Shown: positions 21,586-31,747, counted from the first letter of the stretch. The stretch is DNA of 64,000 nucleotides from an uncultured Clostridia bacterium (GCA_944387405.1 CALXET010000002.1:129316-193315); one strand, 5' to 3'. The notes: generated from the sequence alone by a model not told the origin. Numbers and translations are program-made.

Positions 21586-22458
21586 CTACCCCTTTCTAGA
21601 AATAATTACTCGATCATTTTCTCCATAATCTTTTAAACAACTAATATCAACATAACCATTTTTTATTAAAATATCTGATACACTTTCTTTTTGATTATAT
21701 CCTATTTCATAACACAAAAATCCATTTTTATTTAAATATTCTTTAGCTATCTTCGATATTTTTCTATAAAAATCTAAACCATCTATTCCACCATCTAATG
21801 CAATTACTGGTTCTTTTTTTACATTTTCATCTAAGTTTTTAATTACACCTTTTTCGATATATGGAGGATTTGAAACGATTATATCAAATTTTATATTCTT
21901 TATATTAGTAAACAAATCTGATTCTATAAAATTAATTTCTACATTATTTCTTAATGCATTCTCTTTTGCAATATCTAAAGCTTTTATACTTACATCAGAT
22001 GCAAAGTATTTTATATTATAATCTTTTAAATATTTTGCTAAAGAAATTATTATAGCTCCAGTGCCTGTACACATGTCTAATATATTAATTTCTTCTTTTT
22101 TAACCTTTTTAAAAGTTTTACTATAATTATTTTTTACTAAATTTATAACATTTTCGACTAACACTTCTGTGTCACTTCTTGGAATTAACACATTTTCATT
22201 TACTAATAATTCAAGTCCCATGAATTGCTGCTTTTTTAAAATATATTGTATTGGTTCATTTTCTATTAATCTATCTATATAACATAAAAATAAACTTTCA
22301 TCACTTTTTTTTACGTCTTCATCTTGATGAATCATTAAATATTCTCTTTTTTTATTTAAAACATATTCTAATAACATTTTAGATTTTAACAAAGACTCAT
22401 CTATATTATTTTTATCTAATTTATTTTTACCATATCTTATTAGATCTTTTATAGTCAT
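21586..22458 (-). CDS. prmC: release factor glutamine methyltransferase PrmC/HemK family
   Basis: MCTGTGAI (SAM binding) and VSNPPYI (NPPY) motifs. Confidence 0.8.
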   Translation of the reverse strand: MTIKDLIRYGKNKLDKNNIDESLLKSKMLLEYVLNKKREYLMIHQDEDVKKSDESLFLCYIDRLIENEPIQYILKKQQFMGLELLVNENVLIPRSDTEVLVENVINLVKNNYSKTFKKVKKEEINILDMCTGTGAIIISLAKYLKDYNIKYFASDVSIKALDIAKENALRNNVEINFIESDLFTNIKNIKFDIIVSNPPYIEKGVIKNLDENVKKEPVIALDGGIDGLDFYRKISKIAKEYLNKNGFLCYEIGYNQKESVSDILIKNGYVDISCLKDYGENDRVIISRKG

Positions 22459-22516
22459 TATATCCTCCTATTTTTCGATATAATTTTACCATCTTAACGT
22501 AAAAAAAGCAATAAAA

Positions 22517-22549
22517 TAAACTCTTCTAGAAAATCTCTCTAGAAGAGTT
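22517..22549 (-). terminator. intrinsic terminator between the GC-rich non-coding element and prmC
   Basis: Perfect 13-bp palindrome aaactcttctaga/tctagaagagttt with loop aaatctc, T-rich after it on the minus strand. Confidence 0.55.
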
Positions 22550-22559
22550 TATTATAAAA

Positions 22560-22765
22560 TTTAATATAAAAACATGCCCCACATTAGCCGTTAATGTAAA
22601 GAATTTTTAATGGACCTGTACTCACACAGGTGGGTGCCCTCCTGAATACTCCTGGGTTTCTTATATAAATATAAGCATACACGCCATACTCAGAGACCGA
22701 AGCTCCCTTCTCCAAACTTGTAGGTTCTAAAAACTCTGTCCTCACGCACCATGCAGGGATTGATA
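22560..22765 (-). ncRNA. candidate structured small RNA (about 200 nt; 6S-like size; identity unresolved)
   Basis: Only GC-richer non-coding stretch in a 515-nt ORF-free gap. Several stems form with G-U pairs only when read on the minus strand: long-range CCCUGCAUG...CAUGUGGGG closing helix about 185 nt apart, hairpin CCUGU-GUGAGU-ACAGG, C(UUCG)G tetraloop. A possible -10 (gataat) lies upstream and a terminator downstream. Confidence 0.4.
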
Positions 22766-22973
22766 TTATCTATTCATCATTTATTTTTTATTATATTATC
22801 ATATAAAAAAGCTATTATCAAAATATAAAAAATCTTCTATAACACTATTATATTCGAATTTAATATAATTTACTTTATTTTTTATATATTATTCTCACTA
22901 ATTTATATCATTTTACCATTTGATTTTTTTGTAGTTTTCTAGTATCTATGCAGAATAAAATATATTATGAATA

Positions 22974-23861
22974 TTATTTTTTAAAATCAGGAACATATTT
23001 CTCTTCATTTTCATCTTCAATATAATCCTGCATATATCCATTTTCTACATCAAGTGAAAATAAGAAATCTTCTACCTCTTTATATTCATCATAATTAATT
23101 TTTCTATTAATATCTTTAATGTTTTTGGCTTTATAACTTGGAAAATATTGAGTCATCAGACTAATATATACATCTTTATCAATATTATCATTTATCCACT
23201 GTAAAACTTTTTTAGTATTATCTATATGATTTGGAAGAATCAAATGTCTTATAATTAGTCCTTTTTCTATTATTCCATACTTATTTAATTTTGGAGATCC
23301 AACTTGTCTATACATTTCTTTTATTGCTTCTTTAGCTATTTCAAAATAATTATCTATACCAGATAATCTTTTGGCAAGTTCATTATCTGAATATTTAAAA
23401 TCCGGTAAATAAATATCAACATAACCATCTAAAAGTTTTAAAGTTTCAATTTTCTCATATCCACTTGTATTATATAATATTGGAATTTTTAATCCTTTCT
23501 CTTTAGCTATTTTTATCGCATTTATAATTTGATATACATATGGTGTTGGTGTAACTAAATTTATATTATTTGCTTTTTTATTTTGAAGCTCAATAAAAAT
23601 ATCAGCTAATTCTTCATCTGAAATCTCTTTTCCATATTCCTCACTACTTATCTCATAATTCTGACAAAAAACACATTTTAAATTACAATTACTAAAAAAT
23701 ACTGTGCCAGAACCTGATTTTCCACTTATACATGGCTCTTCATTATAATGAAGAGATGATATTGCATATCTTACATTTTTCCCAGCCCTGCATTTTCCTA
23801 AAAAGCCTTCCTTTCTATTTACATTACAATTAAATGGACATAAGTTACACTTATCTAGCAT
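22974..23861 (-). CDS. radical SAM protein, PflX/COG1313-like activating-enzyme family
   Basis: CNLCPFNCN... and SNCNLKCVFCQNYEIS Cys clusters. Confidence 0.65.
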   Translation of the reverse strand: MLDKCNLCPFNCNVNRKEGFLGKCRAGKNVRYAISSLHYNEEPCISGKSGSGTVFFSNCNLKCVFCQNYEISSEEYGKEISDEELADIFIELQNKKANNINLVTPTPYVYQIINAIKIAKEKGLKIPILYNTSGYEKIETLKLLDGYVDIYLPDFKYSDNELAKRLSGIDNYFEIAKEAIKEMYRQVGSPKLNKYGIIEKGLIIRHLILPNHIDNTKKVLQWINDNIDKDVYISLMTQYFPSYKAKNIKDINRKINYDEYKEVEDFLFSLDVENGYMQDYIEDENEEKYVPDFKK

Positions 23862-23998
23862 ATTCTACTCCTTTTTTATTTTCATTACATTATATCATAT
23901 TTTTTTACATTTTTAACAAACAAAAAGAAGATAGCTTTTATTTTTTATATTTCTCAACTATCTTCTTTTACAAATTTTATATTTTTTGTGTTTATTTA

Positions 23999-24625
23999 TT
24001 ATTTTATACCAAAAATCCTATCTCCCGCATCACCAAGTCCAGGCACAATATATCCAATTTCATTTAAATGATCATCTATTTGTGCGCAATATATATCTAC
24101 ATCTGGATATGCCTCTGTTACTCTTTTTAGTCCCTCTGGAGCTGCTATTAAGCATAAAAATTTAATTTTCTTTACTCCATCTTCTTTCATCATTTTAATA
24201 GCATCTAAAGCAGATCCACCCGTAGCAAGCATTGGATCTAATAATAAAACTTCTCTATTTTTTATATCCTTTGGAACTTTATAATAATACCTTACAGGCT
24301 CTAATGTTTCTTCGTTTCTATATAAACCAATAACACCTATTTTAGCATTTGGTACGATTTTAGTAATTCCATTAGACATTCCTAGTCCAGCTCTCAAAAT
24401 TGGAACAAAAGCATATCTATCTTCATTTATTCTTTTCCCTTTTGTTTTTGCCATTGGTGTTTCTATATCTACATCATCTAAAACAGCATCTTTCATAGCT
24501 TCATAACATAAAAACATAGCTATTTCTTCTGCAAGTTCTCTGAATTCTTTTGTTCCAGTAGACTTATCTCTTAAAATAGACACTTTATGCAATACTAAAG
24601 GATGATTTAATTCAATAACACTCAT
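23999..24625 (-). CDS. upp: uracil phosphoribosyltransferase
   Basis: HPLVLHKVSILRD...LLDPMLATGGS PRPP-binding motif. Confidence 0.9.
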   Translation of the reverse strand: MSVIELNHPLVLHKVSILRDKSTGTKEFRELAEEIAMFLCYEAMKDAVLDDVDIETPMAKTKGKRINEDRYAFVPILRAGLGMSNGITKIVPNAKIGVIGLYRNEETLEPVRYYYKVPKDIKNREVLLLDPMLATGGSALDAIKMMKEDGVKKIKFLCLIAAPEGLKRVTEAYPDVDIYCAQIDDHLNEIGYIVPGLGDAGDRIFGIK

Positions 24626-24699
24626 TTACATACCTCTTTTCTATATATAATTTATTTTATCTTTTGTACTTCTATAATTATATTTATTTTTATTAATTA

Positions 24700-26208
24700 T
24701 TATTTCTTCTTTTTATTTTGCTTATTATTTTTATTATTCTCCTGACCTTTTTTACTATTTTCATCTTTATTCTTATTGTTACCTACATCTTTACTCAAAT
24801 CATTTTTTATTGATTTGATCTCTTCTTTTATTTCTATAATATCTTCTTTTATTTTTTTAATTTCTTCTTTAGTCTCTCCCACTTCTATTTTTTCATCTTT
24901 ATTTTCTTTATCTTCTTTAGCACTTTCATCTACTTCATTAGGTAATAAAAGATTTAATAAGATACCTATTACGGCTGCTAAACTCATACCTGAAATTGTA
25001 ACTGATAAATCTCCATGAACTATTGATATTGCAGCTCCTCCAAGGCCTAGTACAAGCATTGTTGAAGCAACGATTACATTTTTTGTTTTATTAAAATCTA
25101 TTTGGTTTTCAATTAATACTTTTAAACCATTAACTGAAATAAATCCATATAAAAGTAATGATACTCCTCCAAGTACAGGATCTGGAATCGTAGTTACTAG
25201 AGCCGTAAATTTTCCTAAAAATCCAAGTGCTATAGCTATTATAGCTGCAAGACCTATTACCCATACAGAAGCAATTTTCGTCATACCTACTACTGAAGTA
25301 TTTTCACCATATGTTGTATTAGCAGGTCCTCCTAAAGCTCCTGCTACAAATGTAGCAATACCGTCTCCTAAAAGAGTTCTATTCAATCCAGGATTTTTTA
25401 ATAAATCTTTTCCTATTATAGCACTTAATGCTGTATGATCTCCTATATGTTCTGCCATTGTTACTAGTGCAATCGGTGCAATTGTAAGAATTGCAGAGAA
25501 GTTAATACTATAATGTACAAATGGAATTATAAATTTTGGAACACTAAAGAATGCAGCTTCTGCAACTGGAGTAAAATCTATCATTCCAAGAACAACTGCT
25601 GTTAAATATCCTGAAACAATTCCTATTAAAAATGGGATTATTTTTAAAAATCCTTTTCCTCTAACTGCAACTATCGCAGTTACTAAAAAGGATACTAGTG
25701 CAACTATTACACCTTTCCACTCTATTGCCCCTTCTCCTGCAATTCCTATTTGTCCAATTGCAGATGGAGCTAAACCTAAACCTATAATCATAATCATTGG
25801 TCCTATAACAACCGGAGGTAATAATTTATCAATCCAGCCTTTGCCTATTAAAGTAATTATGATTGCAAATACTACATATATCAAACCTACAACCATAATT
25901 CCTGTCATTGCTCCTGATATTCCACCTTTTAAATAAGCGGCTGTTATGGGAACAATGAAGGCAAAAGAACTTCCTAAATATACTGGTGATTTAGCTTTTG
26001 TACATAAAATATAAATTAAAGTTCCTATACCTGATGTAACTAGTGCTACAGGTATTGTAAGTACTTCTGTTCCTGCTGCTGAATTTACTAAGATTGGAAC
26101 TAAGATAGTTGCTCCAAACATAGCAAATACGTGTTGGAAAGCAAGTATTATCCACTTTCCAATAGTTGGTTTCTCATTAACGTCTAATACTAGTTCTGTT
26201 TTACTCAT
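24700..26208 (-). CDS. pyrP: uracil/xanthine permease (NCS2) with ~85-aa Lys/Glu-rich C-terminal tail
   Basis: Multi-TM NCS2 permease body directly upstream of upp; charged low-complexity tail EIKKIKEDIIEIKEEIK...NKQNKKKK. Confidence 0.8.
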   Translation of the reverse strand: MSKTELVLDVNEKPTIGKWIILAFQHVFAMFGATILVPILVNSAAGTEVLTIPVALVTSGIGTLIYILCTKAKSPVYLGSSFAFIVPITAAYLKGGISGAMTGIMVVGLIYVVFAIIITLIGKGWIDKLLPPVVIGPMIMIIGLGLAPSAIGQIGIAGEGAIEWKGVIVALVSFLVTAIVAVRGKGFLKIIPFLIGIVSGYLTAVVLGMIDFTPVAEAAFFSVPKFIIPFVHYSINFSAILTIAPIALVTMAEHIGDHTALSAIIGKDLLKNPGLNRTLLGDGIATFVAGALGGPANTTYGENTSVVGMTKIASVWVIGLAAIIAIALGFLGKFTALVTTIPDPVLGGVSLLLYGFISVNGLKVLIENQIDFNKTKNVIVASTMLVLGLGGAAISIVHGDLSVTISGMSLAAVIGILLNLLLPNEVDESAKEDKENKDEKIEVGETKEEIKKIKEDIIEIKEEIKSIKNDLSKDVGNNKNKDENSKKGQENNKNNKQNKKKK

Positions 26209-26554
26209 TTTACCCTCCCTATTTTATAAATTTTTTGCATACAAAAAAATCACTAAATAAATTAGTGATTTTATGTAATACAATATAAAATTAAAAATGA
26301 AATTAAAAAAATAAATGCAAAATATGGCAAATCTAATTTGCCTGTTAAATTTGTAATTTTTAAACTTTCCTTTATACTTCCCACTTTTTGCACCTCTTTT
26401 AATTCTTTTTAAAATCTTACTATATAAAATAATAAATTGCAAGTAGAATTTTAAATTTTAAATTGCATATTTTCAACTTTTAGTAATATTTTTATTTTTT
26501 TATTGACACGCACTATTAAAATTTTTCTGCATATATTTTGATATACACATTAAA

Positions 26555-27265
26555 ATGGAGGTATATTTAATGTCTATTATTTCAATTACAGGATTTTTAA
26601 CTTTTTTAAGTACCTCTGTATTCTTTTTTGGTTATATATCTAACAATGCTTTATTTCCAGAACCTTTATCTAAAGAAGAAGAAAAGAAATATGTTGAGTT
26701 ATTTGAATCTGGAAATTTGGAAGCTAAAAATATTTTGATAGAAAAAAATTTAAGACTTGTCGCTCACATTGCAAAAAAATATTCAAACAATAACAATTTA
26801 GACGATCTTATTTCTATTGGTACAATTGGACTAATAAAAGGAATTAATAGTTTTAATTCTTCAAAAGGAGTTAAGCTATCTACATATGTTTCAAGATGTA
26901 TTGATAACGAAATATTAATGTATATAAGAAGTACAAAAAAACTAAATTCAGAAGTGTTTCTAAATGAGCCTATTGGAAGAGATAAAGATGATAATGTCGT
27001 AACTCTACAAGAAGTCTTAGAAAATAATGAAAAGAATATTGAGGACTCTGTTGATTTAAAATTAAAAATAAATCTATTAAAAGAAAAAATGGATACAGTA
27101 TTAACAGATAGGGAAAAATATATATTAAATATGAGATTTGGTCTTCTAGGAACTAAACCTCAAACTCAAAATCAAATAGCAGATACTTTAAATATTTCTA
27201 GATCATATGTATCTAGACTCGAAACAAAGGCTATCGAAAAATTAAGTACAGAATTTCTAAAATAA
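26555..27265 (+). CDS. sigK: sporulation sigma factor SigK (pro-sigma-K, intact)
   Basis: Pro-sequence then NNALFPEPLSKEEEKKYVEL, NLRLVAHIAKKY, ISRSYVSRLE, closely paralleling B. subtilis pro-sigmaK. Confidence 0.8.
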   Translation: MEVYLMSIISITGFLTFLSTSVFFFGYISNNALFPEPLSKEEEKKYVELFESGNLEAKNILIEKNLRLVAHIAKKYSNNNNLDDLISIGTIGLIKGINSFNSSKGVKLSTYVSRCIDNEILMYIRSTKKLNSEVFLNEPIGRDKDDNVVTLQEVLENNEKNIEDSVDLKLKINLLKEKMDTVLTDREKYILNMRFGLLGTKPQTQNQIADTLNISRSYVSRLETKAIEKLSTEFLK

Positions 27266-27425
27266 TTTTATTTTCATAATTATAATTAAATAAATGTTTT
27301 TCATTTTTGAATACAATTTGAATTATTTCATTCATTTTTGTATTCTTTTTCTTTTTATTTGGATTTTTTGTAAATATTGTGATAAAATACGAAAAGAAAT
27401 ATATAATAATTTTTTAGGAGGATTT

Positions 27426-28598
27426 ATGAAAGATACTTTTATTTCAAATGATATTATATATATCGGAGCAGATGATAAAGAAATAGATTTATTTGAGAAT
27501 CAATATAATGTACCAAATGGCATTTCTTATAACTCTTACTTAATTAAAGATGAAAAAATAGCTGTTATGGATACTATTGATAAAAGAAAAACAGAAGAAT
27601 GGATAAATAATTTAGAAAATGCTTTAGATGGAAAAAGTCCAAACTATTTAGTAATATCTCATTTAGAACCAGACCATGCTTATAACATTGAATATTTATC
27701 AAAAAAATACCCTGAAATGAAACTAGTTGGAAATGATAAAACTTTTGCTTTCATTCCACAATTCTTTAACATTCCTAACTTAGAAAAAAGAAAAATTGTA
27801 GTAAAAGAAGGCGATACTTTATCTCTTGGAAAACACACATTGAAATTCTTTATGGCTCCCATGGTACATTGGCCAGAAGTCATGGTAGAATATGAAGAAT
27901 ATGAAAAAATATTATTTTCAGCCGATGCCTTTGGAAAATTTGGTTCATTAGATACAGATGAACCATGGGATGATGAAGCTAGAAGATATTATATAAATAT
28001 TGTTGGAAAATATGGACTTCAAGTTCAGACTTTACTAAAAAAAGCTTCTACGCTAGATATAAAAACAATTTGCCCTTTACATGGTCCAATATTAAAAGAT
28101 AATTTAGAATATTATATTAATAAATATGATGTTTGGAGCTCTTATAAACCTGAAGAAGATGGCATTTTTATAGCTTGCAGTTCTATTCATGGAAATACTT
28201 TTGAAGCTTGCAAAATTTTAAAAGATATTCTTGAAAAAAATGGAGCTAAAAAAGTTGTTTTATCAGATTTAAGTAGAACTGATATGGCAGAATCAGTTGC
28301 AAATGCTTTTAAATATTCTAAAATAATATTTGCTTCTTCTAGCTATAATTTTGGCGTATTTACTCCTATGAAACATTTATTAATGCATCTTCAAGAAAGA
28401 AATTTCCAAAATAGAACAGTTGGAATTATAGAAAATGGTACATGGGCTCCAACCGCTGGAAAATGTATGCAGGATATTTTAGTAGCAATGAAGAATATTA
28501 ATATCATAGATCCAATAGTAACTATTAGATCTAGATTAAATGAAGAAAGTAAATTAAAATTAGAAGAACTTTCTAAAAACATATTAGAAATAAGCTAG
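27426..28598 (+). CDS. flavodiiron protein (rubredoxin-oxygen oxidoreductase FprA-like)
   Basis: Metallo-beta-lactamase-like diiron motif HLEPDHAYN plus C-terminal flavodoxin-like domain. ATG at 27426 after RBS aggagg; the ORF-track start at 27294 is upstream of the RBS. Confidence 0.75.
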   Translation: MKDTFISNDIIYIGADDKEIDLFENQYNVPNGISYNSYLIKDEKIAVMDTIDKRKTEEWINNLENALDGKSPNYLVISHLEPDHAYNIEYLSKKYPEMKLVGNDKTFAFIPQFFNIPNLEKRKIVVKEGDTLSLGKHTLKFFMAPMVHWPEVMVEYEEYEKILFSADAFGKFGSLDTDEPWDDEARRYYINIVGKYGLQVQTLLKKASTLDIKTICPLHGPILKDNLEYYINKYDVWSSYKPEEDGIFIACSSIHGNTFEACKILKDILEKNGAKKVVLSDLSRTDMAESVANAFKYSKIIFASSSYNFGVFTPMKHLLMHLQERNFQNRTVGIIENGTWAPTAGKCMQDILVAMKNINIIDPIVTIRSRLNEESKLKLEELSKNILEIS

Positions 28599-28610
28599 GA
28601 GGTGAAATAA

Positions 28611-28748
28611 ATGAAATATAGATGTACAGTATGTGGATATATTTATGATGATGAAGCTGAAGGTACTCCATTTGAATCATTACCAGATGATTGGACTTGC
28701 CCTCTATGCGGAGTTGGAAAAGATTTATTTGAAAAAGTTGAGGAATAG
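28611..28748 (+). CDS. rubredoxin (45 aa)
   Basis: [14 protein letters not shown]...[18 protein letters not shown] with two CxxC pairs; RBS aggaggtg; below the ORF-track size cutoff. Confidence 0.8.
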   Translation: MKYRCTVCGYIYDDEAEGTPFESLPDDWTCPLCGVGKDLFEKVEE

Positions 28749-28841
28749 TTAAATAAATTTTTATCTAAAATCAAATATTGTAAACATAAAAATAATCGTA
28801 TTATTAAATTAATACGATTATTTTTTTAGCTTTCTTTTTTA

Positions 28842-29642
28842 TTATTTTACTTTCAAATAATATGTTGTTATATCAGGATATAAACTATCCATATAAATTA
28901 TTTTATTATCATTATCTATAATTCGCAAATTTGGAAAACTCTTAAGCATTTTCTCATTTCCCCAAAATGTATAAATAAAATCAGAAAGAGTTTTATTATT
29001 ATAAATATTTTCATAAAGTTCCTCTACTTGAAGTTTATCACCTACATTTAAATCATTTTGTGCTATAGTTCTTAAATAAAACATTTCTAAGGCAATACCT
29101 GTTAATATGCAATCTAAAATAACAAAAATAATTAATATTATAAGAATAATTTTCATTATTCTATTCCCTATTTTTACTTTTAAGAAATGATATAATTTAT
29201 CAATTCTAGGATTAAAATATGTAATTAAATAAATTGCAAGTAATCCCCAAAATATAGAATAGTATGCACATATTCTCCCATTTATGTTCAAAGGTTTATC
29301 ATAGTAATCCCACCATCTAATATTAAACACAAATTCACCTATAACACTTAGCATATATTCTATAATAGATCCTAGAAAAAAGCCTCCCCAAAACACAGTA
29401 TTACTATTTTTTCTGTATTTGTACAGTACTAGAATCATTATTACTGCGCCGATACCATAAATCCCACAGAAAGGCCCATATAAAAAGCTTTTTCTACTTT
29501 CAACTACTCCTTTTGTTACAACTCCAAATAATGATTCTACAATAAATCCCAAGACACTATAAATTAAAAAATAAAAACATATTCTATCTATAGTAAATCC
29601 TCTTATAGTTCTTTTATTTTTAATAACCTCTTCTTTTTTCAT
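28842..29642 (-). CDS. polytopic membrane protein (hypothetical)
   Basis: About 6 predicted TM helices. Confidence 0.5.
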   Translation of the reverse strand: MKKEEVIKNKRTIRGFTIDRICFYFLIYSVLGFIVESLFGVVTKGVVESRKSFLYGPFCGIYGIGAVIMILVLYKYRKNSNTVFWGGFFLGSIIEYMLSVIGEFVFNIRWWDYYDKPLNINGRICAYYSIFWGLLAIYLITYFNPRIDKLYHFLKVKIGNRIMKIILIILIIFVILDCILTGIALEMFYLRTIAQNDLNVGDKLQVEELYENIYNNKTLSDFIYTFWGNEKMLKSFPNLRIIDNDNKIIYMDSLYPDITTYYLKVK

Positions 29643-29676
29643 ATCTTCCTTTACCTAAAAAATTTCTATTTTTAAT

Positions 29677-30396
29677 TTATTCTTCCCCTAATTTATCTAT
29701 TAAATTATTAAATTCATCAGAAAGTTTTTCTGATGTAAAAACAAGCTCATTATTTTCTACATTCCATTCATTTTTATTTTCTTTTAAAAATTCTAATACT
29801 TCCTTCATAGAATCTAAAAAAGAAATCACGTCACTTGTTGATTTGTTCATATTTTCCATGTCAGTTTTATTTGCATTCTCATCTACACTAATTAATTCCT
29901 TATAAAAATTAATATAGTATTTCTTATCTTCATTTGTATTAAATGTTTGATTTTCAATAAATTTTAATTTCTCACTATCGTCCATAAGTAGTATTAATTT
30001 ATCGCTTGCTTCTTTTATAGTATTTTTAGAATCTTCAATATATTTTAAAGATTCTTCAAATTCTGGTCCGTCATTTTTATAATTTTCTGGTGTTAGCACA
30101 TTATATATTTTCTCATTTTCTAATATATTTCTAATCTTCTTTGTCTCTTCATACTCTGCTTTCACATATTCTTTTAAAGCCTTTTCTACTTTAGCACAAT
30201 CTCCTTTTGTTATAGTTCTATTTAATACTTCTGAAATTTTAGAATCATCATATTCTTCAGCATTAGTTAGCTCTAATAAGAGTTCTGACTCGTCTCTTAA
30301 CTTATTTTCCTCTAATATATCTTTTATACTAAAAGCTCCAACTACTACTATAAAAATAAATATTAAAATCAATATAATTGTTATAACCTTTTTCAT
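29677..30396 (-). CDS. membrane-anchored coiled-coil hypothetical protein
   Basis: N-terminal TM/signal anchor, then a charged helical region. Confidence 0.5.
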   Translation of the reverse strand: MKKVITIILILIFIFIVVVGAFSIKDILEENKLRDESELLLELTNAEEYDDSKISEVLNRTITKGDCAKVEKALKEYVKAEYEETKKIRNILENEKIYNVLTPENYKNDGPEFEESLKYIEDSKNTIKEASDKLILLMDDSEKLKFIENQTFNTNEDKKYYINFYKELISVDENANKTDMENMNKSTSDVISFLDSMKEVLEFLKENKNEWNVENNELVFTSEKLSDEFNNLIDKLGEE

Positions 30397-30476
30397 TTAA
30401 AAAATCTCCTTAAAAATATATTCTAATTTTACCATAGTAGTATTATTATTACTATACTATATTAATATAATTTATT

Positions 30477-31556
30477 TTATCTGTCACATCCACCTTGTGT
30501 CCTTAATGATGAACTAAACTTATAAATTTCTCTACATAGTGGATGATCTCTTTTTCCTCCTGGAACATTTATACTTTCTAAATCTTCATATATATTATAT
30601 AAAGTAATTCCATATGCTCTTAATATTTCTTCATCTATTTCTTTAAATGCTGGGCATGGTAAAACTGTACCATCATATTTTATGTCCAATTTCTCTGTTC
30701 CAGCTGTACAACTATGAGAAACATCGCCAAGAAGTGGTATACCAACTCTTATTCGCCCTTTATAATTTTTTCTTGCCTCTTGAAATATTTCTGAAAACTC
30801 CCTCATCTCATCATCAGAAAGCATTAATATATCTTTATTTTGTTTTCCTCTTCCTTGAGGCACAAAATTTAAAAGACTAATATTTTCTATCCCTGCTATA
30901 TCTAAACATTCTAGTATATCCTTAAATTCTCTATAATTTGATTTCATTGGTATAAAATGCACATCTACTTTAAGTCCGTTCATTCTTGCTCTAATCATTG
31001 AAGTTATTACATCTGTCATAAGAGATCTTGTTCCCATAAGCATATTATATGTCTCTTCTTCTGCAGCTTGATAATCAAAAACTATTTTATCTAAACCTAA
31101 AGCTTTTAATTTTTGAAATTCTTCGTTAGAAATTGCAGAAAAATCAGTTCCTTGTATCATTCTTTCATAAAACTTTCTTATTCCTTCTTTTGATCTTTCA
31201 TTCCAAGGTTCATATCTCTCTATTTCTTCAATACTAGAACTACACTCTTTTATTAATGCAGATATTTCTTCTTCTGATAGTTTTTCACTTCTTTTTATTC
31301 CACTTGTAAATATAACTGTTCTAATATTATTTTCTTTGCAAAACCTTACCATTTCAAATAAGTCTGGATGTAAAAATGGCTCTCCTCCTGATATAGATAT
31401 TTCACCAATACCACCATTATCTAAAAAATGCTCCACTGTTTTCTTAAATACATCTATTGGAATAATGTTTTTAGCATTAATTGATGAATTTGAAGAACAA
31501 AATTTGCAATTATTAGGACATGTTTGTATTACTTCAAAACATAAATCTTTTAACAT
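30477..31556 (-). CDS. radical SAM enzyme with Cys-rich C-terminal (SPASM/twitch-like) extension
   Basis: CPNNCKFC (CxxxCxxC), GGEPFLHPD; C-terminal cysteines SHSCTAG...LPCPAF...HPLCREI...GGCDR. Confidence 0.65.
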   Translation of the reverse strand: MLKDLCFEVIQTCPNNCKFCSSNSSINAKNIIPIDVFKKTVEHFLDNGGIGEISISGGEPFLHPDLFEMVRFCKENNIRTVIFTSGIKRSEKLSEEEISALIKECSSSIEEIERYEPWNERSKEGIRKFYERMIQGTDFSAISNEEFQKLKALGLDKIVFDYQAAEEETYNMLMGTRSLMTDVITSMIRARMNGLKVDVHFIPMKSNYREFKDILECLDIAGIENISLLNFVPQGRGKQNKDILMLSDDEMREFSEIFQEARKNYKGRIRVGIPLLGDVSHSCTAGTEKLDIKYDGTVLPCPAFKEIDEEILRAYGITLYNIYEDLESINVPGGKRDHPLCREIYKFSSSLRTQGGCDR

Positions 31557-31747
31557 AATATACCTTCTTATTAATAAATTAGATAAATTATACTACGATT
31601 TCTCTTATTCTTCAATAATTTATTGTGTTTTTATGTAAACTGTGTTATAATTTTGTTTGTCCTGTATGACAGCTATTATATTTCTAAATGAGCAAGACCG
31701 ACTTAGAAGTACAATAGTTTATTAACTTTTAGAAAGGGGATGTTTTT

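Noticed and set aside
22560-22765. GC-rich non-coding element considered as tmRNA, RNase P RNA, SRP RNA, or a T-box, SAM, TPP, FMN, glycine or purine riboswitch
   Set aside because: None of the hallmark conserved sequence blocks of those families could be found by eye. Left as an unclassified structured RNA candidate.
26224-26442. 72-aa ORF in the upp/permease to sigK intergenic region
   Set aside because: Pure low-complexity (poly-F/I/K) translation of AT-rich promoter DNA, with no RBS.
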